A stretch of DNA of 64,000 bases from Verrucomicrobiota bacterium (GCA_039815375.1 JBCBZJ010000013.1:17984-81983), one strand, 5' to 3'. Positions 9,861-23,068 are shown, counted from the stretch's first letter. The notes: generated by a model not told the origin, from the letters alone. Numbers and translations are program-made.

Positions 9861-10481
9861 ATGATTACGATTCTACGTTTCATTCTCTTCTTTCTGGTGG
9901 CACCAGCCTTTGCTATCGTAGCGCAAGCGGCTGGAAGCCTTCAGGATGATTTCCGCATCTTAGATGTTGATTTTCAGGCTGAGTTGGTCGCTTTAGATCT
10001 TACTGACGGTGAAATCTGCAACTACGACTCAAGCGGTGCACTGTTGCATCAACGCAAGAGCCTCGACGGCGAAGATCGCCTAATCGAATTCGAAGAATTG
10101 AAAACATCAGGGGCGGAACGGCCCCTTTTTTTGTTTTTGGCCGAATTAGTAGCCACAAACAAGTTGGTCGATACCAATACGATTCGATTTACGCAAGATA
10201 GCATCAGTTCCAGATTTAGGGATGGTAGATCTGTTCAAGGGCTAATTGACGATTTGGGCTCTGGCAGAGTTTCGCCTAATGATCTGCCTCCGATTCGGAC
10301 ATTCCAGCAAGATGGATTAACATTCACACTCGACAATCGTAGGCTCTTCGCGGCTGATCAGGCAGGTGTTCCGATCAGAACCGTTCCTGCTACGGCAGCC
10401 GAAGTTGCAAAAGAGCTCCCGAAAAAGTTTACGACGCCAAATCAAGGAACTATAATTGGTATCAGAGGTAAACTGGAATAG
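9861..10481 (+). CDS. Orphan cassette: hydrophobic leader + linker + ParB/Srx-like toxin domain (toxin begins about 10152)
   Basis: IRFTQDSIS..F.DG.....LIDDL..G...P..LPPI...TLDNRRL.AA pattern of ParB-like toxin tips; upstream part may not be expressed as one protein (internal terminator). Confidence 0.7.
   Translation: MITILRFILFFLVAPAFAIVAQAAGSLQDDFRILDVDFQAELVALDLTDGEICNYDSSGALLHQRKSLDGEDRLIEFEELKTSGAERPLFLFLAELVATNKLVDTNTIRFTQDSISSRFRDGRSVQGLIDDLGSGRVSPNDLPPIRTFQQDGLTFTLDNRRLFAADQAGVPIRTVPATAAEVAKELPKKFTTPNQGTIIGIRGKLE
10109..10138 (+). terminator. Intrinsic terminator inside cassette 2, just upstream of the toxin domain
   Basis: AGGGGC-GGAACG-GCCCCT followed by TTTTTTGTTTTT. Confidence 0.65.
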
Positions 10482-10492
10482 GAGAGCTAGAA

Positions 10493-10747
10493 ATGGAGCT
10501 ACATGAAAAAATCGAATCTATTGATTCTAAAGATCAACTCGTTGACTTTCTCAGTGCGTTAAAGTCGGATTTTTCTCAAAATAAAGAAGACTGGGAAAAC
10601 CCGAATCTGGAAAGATATTTGGATGCTATGGAAGCATGGACAGGCTCTTGGGAGAATCTCTACAAGAATACTGGTCGGGAGTTCCCGGAGCAACCTACGT
10701 GGAGCATGGTAGCTGAGATGCTTTATGCCGCCAAGATTTACGAGTAG
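10493..10747 (+). CDS. Putative immunity protein (DUF7660-like) for the ParB-like toxin
   Basis: 84 aa acidic; WENPNLERYLDAMEAW...PTW...AEMLYAAKIYE; GGAG RBS; follows toxin directly. Confidence 0.75.
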   Translation: MELHEKIESIDSKDQLVDFLSALKSDFSQNKEDWENPNLERYLDAMEAWTGSWENLYKNTGREFPEQPTWSMVAEMLYAAKIYE

Positions 10748-10990
10748 TATTCTAAGGCTGTTTATTGTGTTGCTGACTCTTTTCGGGAGTCAGACGGTAG
10801 CACTTGGGCAAATTGACGCCGAATTTGTAGCCACAAACAAGGCGCCGAAAGTATTATTTGGACAACCCAATGTTAAATCGACCTTTGCTAATGGCCCATT
10901 CAAAGGGAAGTCGATCAACGAAGTTTCTCAGGGGCTTAGGAATGGGACAATAAGTCCAGACCAATTACCTCTAGATGTTATTATTAGTAA
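10748..10990 (+). pseudogene. Truncated third orphan cassette: hydrophobic leader + N-terminal half of a second ParB-like toxin
   Basis: ILRLFIVLLTLFGSQTVALG...EFVATNK-APKVLFGQPNVKSTFANGPFKGKSINEVSQGLRNGTISPDQLPLDVII, then similarity stops before the expected NxR motif; no immunity gene follows. Confidence 0.65.
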
Positions 10991-11435
10991 CCCCACATGC
11001 CAACCAATAGCGCGACTGCCATGTGGTGCCAAAATTGATGAAAAACATTGAATGCAGCTTCTCGGATACAACCCCCTCTTGTCAGGTTCGTCTGTTCTTG
11101 GCTACCGGCTTGAGCAGGAGGTTCGTTTTTCGAATGCTCCAACGGCTCTCACTGGACTTGCCCTTTCACAGACAGCCTGTGCTTACGAGCGTAAACCTCT
11201 CCTACGCTTTGCACATCCCAACGGCTTGCCCGCCTCGTACCGCTTTCCCCGTTAACCGATAGAAACCCGCTATTTGTTTCAACCTGAATTTCTGTTTCAA
11301 ATGATAGGTAGGCATGCGACTGCTTCAATTATGTCGTATTCCGTGTAAGTGAAAGCGGGTCTGTAGTAAACGATTAAGCGAAATCCATTACTTCGCGGGT
11401 TTTCATCTCCGGCAGATGCTTCTCTTTCATGTCTC

Positions 11436-12173
11436 TTAATTTAGAGTATGTTCTTTGCGGTAGCGCCCGGGCGACGTATTGAAGACTTTTTGAAATTCGC
11501 GCGAGAAATGGCTGTGATCATAGAAACCAACCTCTTGGGCAATGTGGCTCAGGGTGGCCTCGGAGTTGATGAGTAATTGGCTGGCTCGGGTCAGGCGATA
11601 GCGAATCAGGAAACGTGACGGTGTTTGCTGGAAGGCGAGGCGAAAGCGACGTTCAAACTGACTTACGGACAGGCCGGCAACCTGTGCGAGGTCAGTCATC
11701 TCAATCGCTTCAGCATAGTGTTCGCTGATGTAGTCGACCACGGAATTCATCCGGCGGTAGGGCTGCCAGGAAACGTCACTGCGCGCGAAGTCGCGCATAC
11801 AGCCGATGATGCCGATGCAGTCGCCGCTCTGATCGTAAAGCGGAAATTTACTGGTGACGTGCCAAGAGATGGAGCCGTCCGCATTGGCCACCAGCTCAAT
11901 TCTTCGTAGGATAGGTTCTCTGCTCTTTATGACCTGTTGGTCATCTTTTGCGTAGTGGCTAATCATGTAGCTTGGGAAGAAATCGTAGTCGGTCTTTCCC
12001 ATGAGCTCTGCTTCCGAATCGAGACCGAGTTTCTCGAGCTGGAGTTCGTTGGCGCCGATAAATCGACCTTCGCGGTCTTTCATGAAAAAGTATACGTCCC
12101 CGAGAGCAGAGAAGAGGGCTAGCACGCTGGATGGATCCAGCTTTTGGTGTAGGGAGCGATTAATTGAATTCAT
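11436..12173 (-). CDS. AraC-family transcriptional regulator with N-terminal PAS domain
   Basis: YFFMKDREGRFIGAN...GKTDYDFFP PAS; LSVSQFERRF...IAQEVGFYDHSHFSREF AraC HTH. Confidence 0.92.
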   Translation of the reverse strand: MNSINRSLHQKLDPSSVLALFSALGDVYFFMKDREGRFIGANELQLEKLGLDSEAELMGKTDYDFFPSYMISHYAKDDQQVIKSREPILRRIELVANADGSISWHVTSKFPLYDQSGDCIGIIGCMRDFARSDVSWQPYRRMNSVVDYISEHYAEAIEMTDLAQVAGLSVSQFERRFRLAFQQTPSRFLIRYRLTRASQLLINSEATLSHIAQEVGFYDHSHFSREFQKVFNTSPGRYRKEHTLN

Positions 12174-12260
12174 TTTTAAATGTTACGCCGAAAATATACA
12201 CAAAAATGCTGGAAATTTCCAAGTTTTAGGTTGTTTCGATCTGATATTATTTTCTGCCCC

Positions 12261-13136
12261 ATGCGTTTTGGTCTAAATACCTTCTTAGTGAGCCCCGGAT
12301 TTACCAGTGCAGATCTGGACATGATCCGGTTGTTCAAATCTTACGGTGCTGATGTGATCGAGCTTGCCTTAGTCGATCCGGAAGCTGTTAACGTCGCGAG
12401 CCTCAGAGGCGCGCTTGAAAAAGCGGAATTGGAGCGGCCTATTATTTGCGGTGCATTTGGCCCCGGGCGTGATTTGCGCGGTTCCCCTGAAGAGGTGAAG
12501 CAGTCTTCGGATTACATCAACGAACTGATCGATATCGCGGTAGCGCTTGATTCGAAAATAGTCTGTGGCCCGATGTATTCAGAAACTGGTCGTTCCGGTG
12601 CACATACACAGCCAGAAAGAGCGGCGCAACTTGAGCAGATTACTCAAGCTTTGAAGCCTTTATGTGGCAGAGCAGAAGAGTCGGGTGTGATCCTCGCGGT
12701 GGAACCCCTGAACCGTTTTGAGACGGATTGCATCAATACTCTGGAGCAGACCGTAGACCTGATTGAGCAGGTCGGGAGCCCCGCTCTTAAGATTCATGCG
12801 GATACTTTCCACATGCACATCGAGGAAGAGGACTCAGCAGGAGCAATTCTTAAATACGGCAAGCACATTGCCCACGTGCATGCCAGCGCGAGCCATCGCG
12901 GTTTGCTGGGCAAGGATCAGGTGGATTGGAATGGCGTCTTAAAAGCTCTATTTGAAATTGGCTACGAAGGAGACATCGTGATCGAGAGTTTTTCGGAAGA
13001 TAACAAAGTAATCGCGAAGGCTGCATCGATTTGGCGCAAACTTTACGACAGTCCGGAGCAGCTCGCGACAGAAGGCCTTCAGTTTTTGCACAAAACCTGT
13101 AATCAACTGTCTAATGAATCTGTTTTGACTTCGTAA
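12261..13136 (+). CDS. Sugar phosphate isomerase/epimerase (D-tagatose 3-epimerase-like TIM barrel)
   Basis: EPLNRFE, DTFHMHIEE, HVHAS..HRG, IESF metal-binding motifs. Confidence 0.9.
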   Translation: MRFGLNTFLVSPGFTSADLDMIRLFKSYGADVIELALVDPEAVNVASLRGALEKAELERPIICGAFGPGRDLRGSPEEVKQSSDYINELIDIAVALDSKIVCGPMYSETGRSGAHTQPERAAQLEQITQALKPLCGRAEESGVILAVEPLNRFETDCINTLEQTVDLIEQVGSPALKIHADTFHMHIEEEDSAGAILKYGKHIAHVHASASHRGLLGKDQVDWNGVLKALFEIGYEGDIVIESFSEDNKVIAKAASIWRKLYDSPEQLATEGLQFLHKTCNQLSNESVLTS

Positions 13137-13145
13137 GCCCTCCCA

Positions 13146-14702
13146 ATGATTCGCTCTACCCCAGTCGAATTGAAAAACTATCTGCTCAGCTCGCTGTTAA
13201 GCGTTTGCCTTTCGGTGTGCTCAGCCTTTGCAGTGGATGGCTTCAAGCCGCTTTTTGATGGAGAGACGCTGAGCGGTTGGGATGGTGATCCGAAGTTCTG
13301 GCGTGTAGAAGATGGTGCGATTGTAGGTCAGACAACTCCTGAAAACCAAACCGAAGGAAACACTTTTTTGATTTGGGAAGGTGGCGAGCTGGAGGACTTT
13401 GAACTCAAGGTTGAGTTCAAGCTCGGTAATCATAACAGCGGCATTCAATACCGAAGCTTTCGGCTGGATGGCCAGCAATGGCGGGTCGGTGGATATCAGG
13501 CTGATATTTCAGAGAAGTCAAAATGGATGGGGGCAGCTTACGGCGAAAAATACAAGAAGTTGTTGGCTGGGCGAGGGGAGAAGACGGTTGTTGGAGCAAC
13601 TGCAGAGGACAAGCAAGTCGTGGCTTATGTTGGCGATAGCGAGGAAATCCTCTCCCATATCGATATCAACGGCTGGAACGAATATCATATTATCGCACGC
13701 GGCAATCAATGCATTCAGAAGATAAACGGAGTGATCACTGCGGAGTTTTCCGAGTCAGAAGCGGATCGGCTGAAGTCCGGTTTGATTGCCTTGCAACTGC
13801 ATTCAGGTCCACCGATGAAAGTTAGCTTCCGCAACATTGGTTTGCGCCGGTTGGATGATGAGAAGAGCGAAATCCTTTTTTTAGCGGGTAAGAAGAGCCA
13901 TGGCTACGATGCGCACGAGCACCACGCCGGTTGCAGTCTGTTGGCCCGTTGCCTGAATGAGAGCAATCTTGATGTCAGTGCTCAGGTTGTGATGGAAGGC
14001 GCCTGGCCGGAGCCGTGGGTCGGCTACGATGAACCCGATGCGGTAGTTATGTATTGTGATGGCTTCAAGAAGCACATGGCAAAAGAGCATCAAGATAAAA
14101 TACAGTCGCTTGTGGATCGAGGTGTAGGTGTTGTCTGTCTACACTTTGCCACCGAGGTCGAGCCGAAGGAGCTGGGTTCGACCTTCCTTGACTGGATTGG
14201 CGGCTACTTTGAAATCGGCTGGTCCGTTAACCCGTATTGGGATGCAACTTTTGATGTTCTGCCTGAGCATCCGATCACCAATGGTGTGCAGCCTTTTACG
14301 ATTCGTGACGAGTGGTATTATCATATGCGTTTCCAACCTGAAATGGAAGGTGTGACGCCGATTCTTTCGGCCTTACCTCCGCTTAGAACCCTTACCTCAA
14401 GGTCGAAGAATAAAGACCGTGGCAGCAATCCGACAGTAATGGCTGCTGTCGAGGCGGGTGAAAAGCAGCACGTTGCATGGGCTTATGAGCGGCCTAGCGG
14501 AGGGCGTGGCTTTGGCTTTACCGGAGGGCATTTCCATCAAAACTGGAAGCATGATGACTTCCGTAAGCTTATTTTGAATGCGCTCATCTGGACGGCTCAA
14601 ACCGAAGTGCCTATTGATGGAGTTGCTTCCCGCACGCCGAGTAAAATCGATATGGAATTGAATCAGGATTTCCCCGTTCCCGATAGGAAACAGAAGAAGT
14701 GA
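13146..14702 (+). CDS. Secreted DUF1080 (3-keto-glycoside hydrolase/lyase-like) + ThuA-like fusion protein
   Basis: [36 protein letters not shown] (DUF1080); [15 protein letters not shown]...LILNALIW (ThuA). Confidence 0.9.
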   Translation: MIRSTPVELKNYLLSSLLSVCLSVCSAFAVDGFKPLFDGETLSGWDGDPKFWRVEDGAIVGQTTPENQTEGNTFLIWEGGELEDFELKVEFKLGNHNSGIQYRSFRLDGQQWRVGGYQADISEKSKWMGAAYGEKYKKLLAGRGEKTVVGATAEDKQVVAYVGDSEEILSHIDINGWNEYHIIARGNQCIQKINGVITAEFSESEADRLKSGLIALQLHSGPPMKVSFRNIGLRRLDDEKSEILFLAGKKSHGYDAHEHHAGCSLLARCLNESNLDVSAQVVMEGAWPEPWVGYDEPDAVVMYCDGFKKHMAKEHQDKIQSLVDRGVGVVCLHFATEVEPKELGSTFLDWIGGYFEIGWSVNPYWDATFDVLPEHPITNGVQPFTIRDEWYYHMRFQPEMEGVTPILSALPPLRTLTSRSKNKDRGSNPTVMAAVEAGEKQHVAWAYERPSGGRGFGFTGGHFHQNWKHDDFRKLILNALIWTAQTEVPIDGVASRTPSKIDMELNQDFPVPDRKQKK

Positions 14703-14725
14703 TATCCAGGCCGGACTCTATTGCT

Positions 14726-15529
14726 ATGAAAATGACATCTATTCACAAACTCTACATCGTAGCAGTTGCATGCCTGTTTGCATGGAACATCACGTCCAGT
14801 GCCAACCCACAAGAAGGAGGGCCTGAACTGAAGGCTTTGCTTATTACCGGAGGTTGCTGCCATGACTATGACGAGCAACGTGAAATCCTGCCGATGGCAG
14901 TCGATCTCAAGTCGAAGCTGAAAGTCGAGTGGACGATTTACCATCAGCGCACGAAGGCGACGGACCGCTTGCTCGAACTCTATCGAAATCCGGATTGGGC
15001 AGAAGGCTACGACGTGATTGTCCATAATGAGTGCTTTGGGAAGGTCGGAAAAGAAAACGAGGGTTTCATTGAAGGTATTCTAAAGCCCCATCGTGATGGA
15101 GTGCCGGCGGTTCTGGTGCATTGCTCGATGCATTCCTACCGCGGCGGTAAAAATCGTGAAGAGTGGTGGAAGTTCTGTGGGCTCCATACTCAAAAACATG
15201 GCCCAAAGCATCCTTTTGAAGTTCAAATCACAGCACCGAATCACGAAATCTTAAAAGGGATGGAAAATTGGACAACTCCACAAGGAGAGCTTTATTTCAT
15301 TGATAAGACTTATCCAACGATGACTCCGCTTGCCGAATCTAAATCGAACAAAACTGGTGAAATGCATACTAACATATGGGTTAATGCATTTGGCCCGAAC
15401 AAGACCCGCGTCTTTGCGACTACTATTGGCCATCACAACGAAACCATGCTCCAAGACCAATATATGGAATTGTTTACCAGAGGCCTACTTTGGGCAGCAG
15501 GTAAGCCGGTCGCCGACAATATTAACTAG
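14726..15529 (+). CDS. Secreted ThuA-domain protein
   Basis: Signal peptide; [27 protein letters not shown]...RGLLWAAG. Confidence 0.88.
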   Translation: MKMTSIHKLYIVAVACLFAWNITSSANPQEGGPELKALLITGGCCHDYDEQREILPMAVDLKSKLKVEWTIYHQRTKATDRLLELYRNPDWAEGYDVIVHNECFGKVGKENEGFIEGILKPHRDGVPAVLVHCSMHSYRGGKNREEWWKFCGLHTQKHGPKHPFEVQITAPNHEILKGMENWTTPQGELYFIDKTYPTMTPLAESKSNKTGEMHTNIWVNAFGPNKTRVFATTIGHHNETMLQDQYMELFTRGLLWAAGKPVADNIN

Positions 15530-15555
15530 AAACCTAAGTGAGATTACCCAAAATT

Positions 15556-16896
<1,341 letters not shown>

Positions 16897-16926
16897 ATCC
16901 GTTCTATCTATTGGTCCTTTTATCGG

Positions 16927-16952
16927 GTGGCTCGGTGGTAACACCGAGCCAC
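16927..16952 (+). other. Intergenic 11-bp hairpin with GNRA loop (mRNA stabiliser or weak terminator)
   Basis: GTGGCTCGGTG-GTAA-CACCGAGCCAC, no adjacent U-tract. Confidence 0.5.
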
Positions 16953-16983
16953 TCACTGTTTTAGCATCCGGATGTTCTTTCAC

Positions 16984-18534
16984 ATGAATTGTAAATATCT
17001 AATCGGATTAACTTTGGCGGTCACAAATACCCTTTGGGCTGCGCCATCGAAGCCAAACGTGGTAATCCTTTACGGTGACGATGTCGGCTTCGCGGATATT
17101 GGGGTTAACGGTTCCAAATTGATTCCGACACCCTATATCGACCAGCTTGCTGCAGAGGGGATTAATTTCACGGATGGCCATTGCCCGGGTGCGACCTGTT
17201 CCGCATCGCGTTATGCGATGCTGACCGGACGTCTGGCTGTTCGGAAGAATGTCAGAATCATCAGCCCAACCGGTGGCATGCCGATTACATTGGAGGACTA
17301 CACCTTGCCGAAGCTTTTCCGCGATGCTGGCTATGCCACCTCGGTGATTGGCAAATGGCACCTCGGACTTGGTTTCCCGGGTGAGAGCGTAGACTGGAAT
17401 GGCGAGGTGAAGCCGGGGCCGCTGGAGATCGGATTTGATTATTCTTTTTTAGTGCCGAGCACGAATGACCGTGTGCCTTGTGTGTATCTGGAAAATCACC
17501 GGGTGGTAAACCTCGATCCGGCCGACCCTATTTCGCTCGGCCAGCCCATCAGTCCGGACCAGACCGTCTATCCGGATGGACGGAAGAACCCCGAGGCCAT
17601 GACTTACTACCCCAGCTCACATGGCCACAACGCCACTGTGATCAATGGTATCGGCCGTATCGGGGTGATGTATGGCGGCAAGAGTGCACTGTGGGATGAC
17701 GAGACCATGGGGGATGTCTTTCTTGAGAAAACCGAAGATTGGCTCGATGCGCATCTGGCCAAGAATGCAGATCAGCCCTTTTTCCTTTACCTGCCCTCGC
17801 AGATGATCCACGTGCCACGCGCACCGCATCCACGCTTTCAGGGCGCGACTAAGCTCGGCTACCGCGGTGATGCGATGGTGGAATACGATCATTCCGTCGG
17901 CGCGGTCCGTAAGATGCTGGAAGCGCGCGGCCTCACCAAGGACACAATCGTCATTTTCTCGTCCGACAACGGGCCGGTCTACGACGATGGCTATCAAGAC
18001 GGAACGGTCGTGAAAACCTCCACAGAAGAGGTCGATCAGGGCCACGATGCCTCGGGGCCATTTCGAGGCGGTAAATACCAGATCTATGAAGGGGGCAACC
18101 GTGTGCCGTTTATCGTGAGCTGGCCCGGCACGATCAAGCCCGGCACTTCCAAGGCTCTGGTCAGTCATACTGATTTTATCCGTTCCTTTGCTGAGCTCCT
18201 TGGTCTTGAATTGCCCGAGGGCGCTGCGCCCGATAGTCTCAACTCGATGGATGCCCTGCTTGGCCAGGGAGAGGGGAATCGTTATCTTATACAGGAACAC
18301 AGCCACCAACTGGCACTGCGTGATGGTGATTGGAAGCTGATCCGCCTTTCGAATAAAGGACGCAAAAATAAGGGAAAGATCGAGGTAAGCTATGCTTTGT
18401 ATAATCTGGCCGAAGATATTGGTGAGCAGAACGATATTCTTAAGCAGCACCCGGAGCGTGCTGATGAGATGAAGGTGCTGCTGGATTCAATCTACGAAGG
18501 CCGGGAAGTGAGCAAAGTCTTCGCTGACCAATAG
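16984..18534 (+). CDS. Arylsulfatase-like formylglycine-dependent sulfatase (S1)
   Basis: PNVVILYGDDVG, CSASRYAMLTG, GKWHLG, SSDNG, YEGGNRVP, LYNLAEDIGE. Confidence 0.93.
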   Translation: MNCKYLIGLTLAVTNTLWAAPSKPNVVILYGDDVGFADIGVNGSKLIPTPYIDQLAAEGINFTDGHCPGATCSASRYAMLTGRLAVRKNVRIISPTGGMPITLEDYTLPKLFRDAGYATSVIGKWHLGLGFPGESVDWNGEVKPGPLEIGFDYSFLVPSTNDRVPCVYLENHRVVNLDPADPISLGQPISPDQTVYPDGRKNPEAMTYYPSSHGHNATVINGIGRIGVMYGGKSALWDDETMGDVFLEKTEDWLDAHLAKNADQPFFLYLPSQMIHVPRAPHPRFQGATKLGYRGDAMVEYDHSVGAVRKMLEARGLTKDTIVIFSSDNGPVYDDGYQDGTVVKTSTEEVDQGHDASGPFRGGKYQIYEGGNRVPFIVSWPGTIKPGTSKALVSHTDFIRSFAELLGLELPEGAAPDSLNSMDALLGQGEGNRYLIQEHSHQLALRDGDWKLIRLSNKGRKNKGKIEVSYALYNLAEDIGEQNDILKQHPERADEMKVLLDSIYEGREVSKVFADQ

Positions 18535-18849
18535 CTTCAGGTCTCTCGGTGGCCAGCTCAGTTCAAGTGTGTTGCCACCATGTATTTCGCGATACGAGAG
18601 AAGTAAATTAACACTTTTAGCAATTTATTGGCCACACTCTTAGGAAGATAATCTATTACTAAGTGACTTTCAGAACTGGAATTTTTGCTCGCGAGTTCCC
18701 TTTGCATGCGCATTCCTTCTCGAGTCAGCAGACTGTTTCCATCAACGCCTACGATGCCTTGATTCCCGATATGACTAATTCCGATAGCTGCTGTGGTGGA
18801 GTGTGCTCTCAATCATGCGACGATTAAAATCAGTGATGAATAAGCCTGT

Positions 18850-19455
18850 ATGGCGTGTGCTTTTCTTGTGAAAGTAGGGCTCACAGGTGGAATTGGATGC
18901 GGGAAGTCGACGGTTGTTGGCTTATTTCGAAATGCCGGTTGGCAGGCCTTGGAGTCGGATCAGATTGTTAGGGACCTTCTCGCGACAGACCCGGTTATTA
19001 AGGAAGCTATTCGAAAACGTTGGGGTGGTGAGGTGATTCTGGAAAAAGGTGGGGTGAATCGGCGTGCCGTTGCGGAGCATGTCTTTGCCAATAAAAATGA
19101 TTTGCTCTGGCTTGAATCTCTCCTGCACCCGCTCGTTCGTAGTGCATGGCAGGGGGAGGTCGCATCGCGGCCCGATGTGAATTGGTTGGTGGAGATTCCC
19201 TTACTCTTTGAAAAAAGTCTTGAAACTGTCTTCGATTTAACTGTGTGTGTTTCCAGTCCTCCCGATGTGGTCGAAACCCGAATGGCGGCCCGAGGTTACA
19301 CGGGAGAGGAAGTCGATCGCCGTCGTCAACGGCAGATGCCCCTCGAAGACAAGATGCGACTTGCCGACCACGTAATTACCAATGCTGGCAGCCTAGAATT
19401 TCTCGAACAACAAACCAAGCGCCTGATTGCGCAGATCTCTGGCATACAGTCCTGA
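18850..19455 (+). CDS. coaE: Dephospho-CoA kinase
   Basis: GLTGGIGCGKSTV P-loop, LESLLHPLV, EIPLLFE; start could be GTG 18868. Confidence 0.95.
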   Translation: MACAFLVKVGLTGGIGCGKSTVVGLFRNAGWQALESDQIVRDLLATDPVIKEAIRKRWGGEVILEKGGVNRRAVAEHVFANKNDLLWLESLLHPLVRSAWQGEVASRPDVNWLVEIPLLFEKSLETVFDLTVCVSSPPDVVETRMAARGYTGEEVDRRRQRQMPLEDKMRLADHVITNAGSLEFLEQQTKRLIAQISGIQS

Positions 19456-19497
19456 AGAATTCAGGTCGTGTGCGTGTCTTGAGATCACACATCTGCT

Positions 19498-21273
19498 ATG
19501 AGCACCGAAGAAGAAAATACGACCCAAGTCCCTGAAAACAAGGAGCTTGCTCTAGAGACTCCCCCGAAGAAAGTTGCGGCAAAGAAAGCGGCAAAGAAGG
19601 CAGCAAAGAAACGGGCACGGAAAGCTGCGAGCGAAGCGCCGGTGCCGGTCGGCTCAAGCGATGACGAAGTCACATTCAGCGCTGATATCGTGGTCGATGA
19701 GGGCGAACCTAAAGAGGCCCCTGCCGCCGCTGAACCTGCGGAAGCACCGCGCAAAAAAGAAGGACAACAAAATGGCCAACAGCATGGCCAGGATCGTCAG
19801 AAGGGTAACAAATTTAAACACAATAAGAATAACAAGCGAGGCAAGCCGCGCGGAAAGAATAAGAATTGGCAGAATAAGAACCGCCAGCGTAACCGTGAAG
19901 AAGAGACGCCGATTGAGTTTGGCGAGCTGCTGGAATGGGAACTTCTGGAGAAGTTTGAAGAGGTCGAGGCACTTGCCGCAGGGCTAAAGGACGGTGGCGG
20001 TGAAGCCCTCGACTACAATCACATTTACAACATGGGCTTGACTGAGCTTCGGGGCGAAGCGACTGCGCTTGATGTGGATGTGGGCCATCATGCCCCGAAC
20101 CGCGACCAGTTGATCAACGCTATTGTGAAGCAGGCAGCCGATGCGAAGTCCGCCGTCTATTCGACCGGTGTGCTTGAGTTTCTTGATGATGACGAAGGCG
20201 GTCTCCTGGTTTATGAGCGGGATAGTTACCGTGTGAAATCACTCAGTGCCTATGTGCCGCAGGTTTTCATTGAGCGCTTCGGTTTGAAGCGCGGGCACAT
20301 TGTCCGGGCGCAACTGCACCCCCATCGCGATGGCGAGTCCTGCCCATTTGTTGTCAGCATCCAAAGTGTCATGGATCGCGATCCGGAAACATTGAGCGAG
20401 ATTGTTCCATTTACCGAGCGTGTGCCTTACTATCCGACTGAGCGTATTTTGATGGAGTCCGATACGGACGCGAAGTGGGATAATCTTTCCATGCGTGTGG
20501 TGGATTGTCTGACACCGGTTGGTTTTGGCCAGCGTGGGCTGATTGTTGCTCCGCCGCGCACCGGTAAGACTGTTCTCATGCAGGGCATGGCGAACTCGAT
20601 TCAGAAGAATTACCCTGAAGCGCACCTTATCATTTTGCTGATCGACGAGCGCCCCGAAGAAGTAACTGACTTTCGTCGCCAGGTTCACGGCGAAGTGATT
20701 AGCTCTACTTTTGATGAGACAGCTGAGAGCCATGTTCATGCTGCGGAAATGGTCATCGAGAAGGCTCGCCGCATGGTCGAGGTAGGTAAAGATGTCGTCA
20801 TTCTACTGGACTCGATTACGCGTCTTGCGCGGGCCTACAACACAACCATGCCGAACAGTGGCAAGATTCTCTCCGGTGGTGTCGAAGCCAACGCTCTGCA
20901 AAAACCAAAGCGCTTCTTCGGTTCCGCGCGTAACATTGAGGACGGAGGTAGTCTCACAATTATCGCAACGGCACTGGTGGAGACTGGGAGTAAGATGGAT
21001 GAGGTGATTTTCGAGGAATTCAAGGGCACCGGCAATATGGAGCTGCACCTCGATCGCGGGCTCTCTGACAAACGTATTTTCCCGGCTCTCAGCATGGATA
21101 AGAGTGGCACCCGCAAGGAGGAATTGCTCTATCATCCGGACGAGATGTTGAAAATTTATTCGTTGCGCAGGGCGATGAAAGGCCTACCTTCCACAGATGC
21201 TATGGAAATGCTTATCCAGCGTATCAAGAAGACGAAGACGAACGCTGAATTTTTGATGAGTGTTGCCCGTTAG
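19498..21273 (+). CDS. rho: Transcription termination factor Rho with long N-terminal low-complexity extension
   Basis: [50 protein letters not shown]. Confidence 0.97.
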   Translation: MSTEEENTTQVPENKELALETPPKKVAAKKAAKKAAKKRARKAASEAPVPVGSSDDEVTFSADIVVDEGEPKEAPAAAEPAEAPRKKEGQQNGQQHGQDRQKGNKFKHNKNNKRGKPRGKNKNWQNKNRQRNREEETPIEFGELLEWELLEKFEEVEALAAGLKDGGGEALDYNHIYNMGLTELRGEATALDVDVGHHAPNRDQLINAIVKQAADAKSAVYSTGVLEFLDDDEGGLLVYERDSYRVKSLSAYVPQVFIERFGLKRGHIVRAQLHPHRDGESCPFVVSIQSVMDRDPETLSEIVPFTERVPYYPTERILMESDTDAKWDNLSMRVVDCLTPVGFGQRGLIVAPPRTGKTVLMQGMANSIQKNYPEAHLIILLIDERPEEVTDFRRQVHGEVISSTFDETAESHVHAAEMVIEKARRMVEVGKDVVILLDSITRLARAYNTTMPNSGKILSGGVEANALQKPKRFFGSARNIEDGGSLTIIATALVETGSKMDEVIFEEFKGTGNMELHLDRGLSDKRIFPALSMDKSGTRKEELLYHPDEMLKIYSLRRAMKGLPSTDAMEMLIQRIKKTKTNAEFLMSVAR

Positions 21274-21315
21274 TTCCATGTGTTCAAACCCACCCCCCGA
21301 AATACATAAAATTCT

Positions 21316-23046
<1,731 letters not shown>

Positions 23047-23068
23047 AGATAATTTTTAAAGAAATCCG

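Larger units (their letters stand above)
8649..10840 (+). repeat. Four copies of GCCACAAACAA (8649-8659, 9212-9222, 10152-10162, 10830-10840) at the start of each toxin tip
   Basis: Direct reading; always codons Ala-Thr-Asn-(Lys/Asn); the three orphan copies extend to GC(C/A)(G/T)AATT(T/A)GT(A/C)GCCACAAACAA. Confidence 0.9.

Noticed and set aside
11050..11260. RNase P RNA or group II intron assignment for the structured element
   Set aside because: Only short word similarities; no full conserved cores, no domain V/VI or maturase seen.
18558..18812. 84-aa minus-strand ORF between sulfatase and coaE
   Set aside because: No recognisable motif or RBS; cannot support as a gene.
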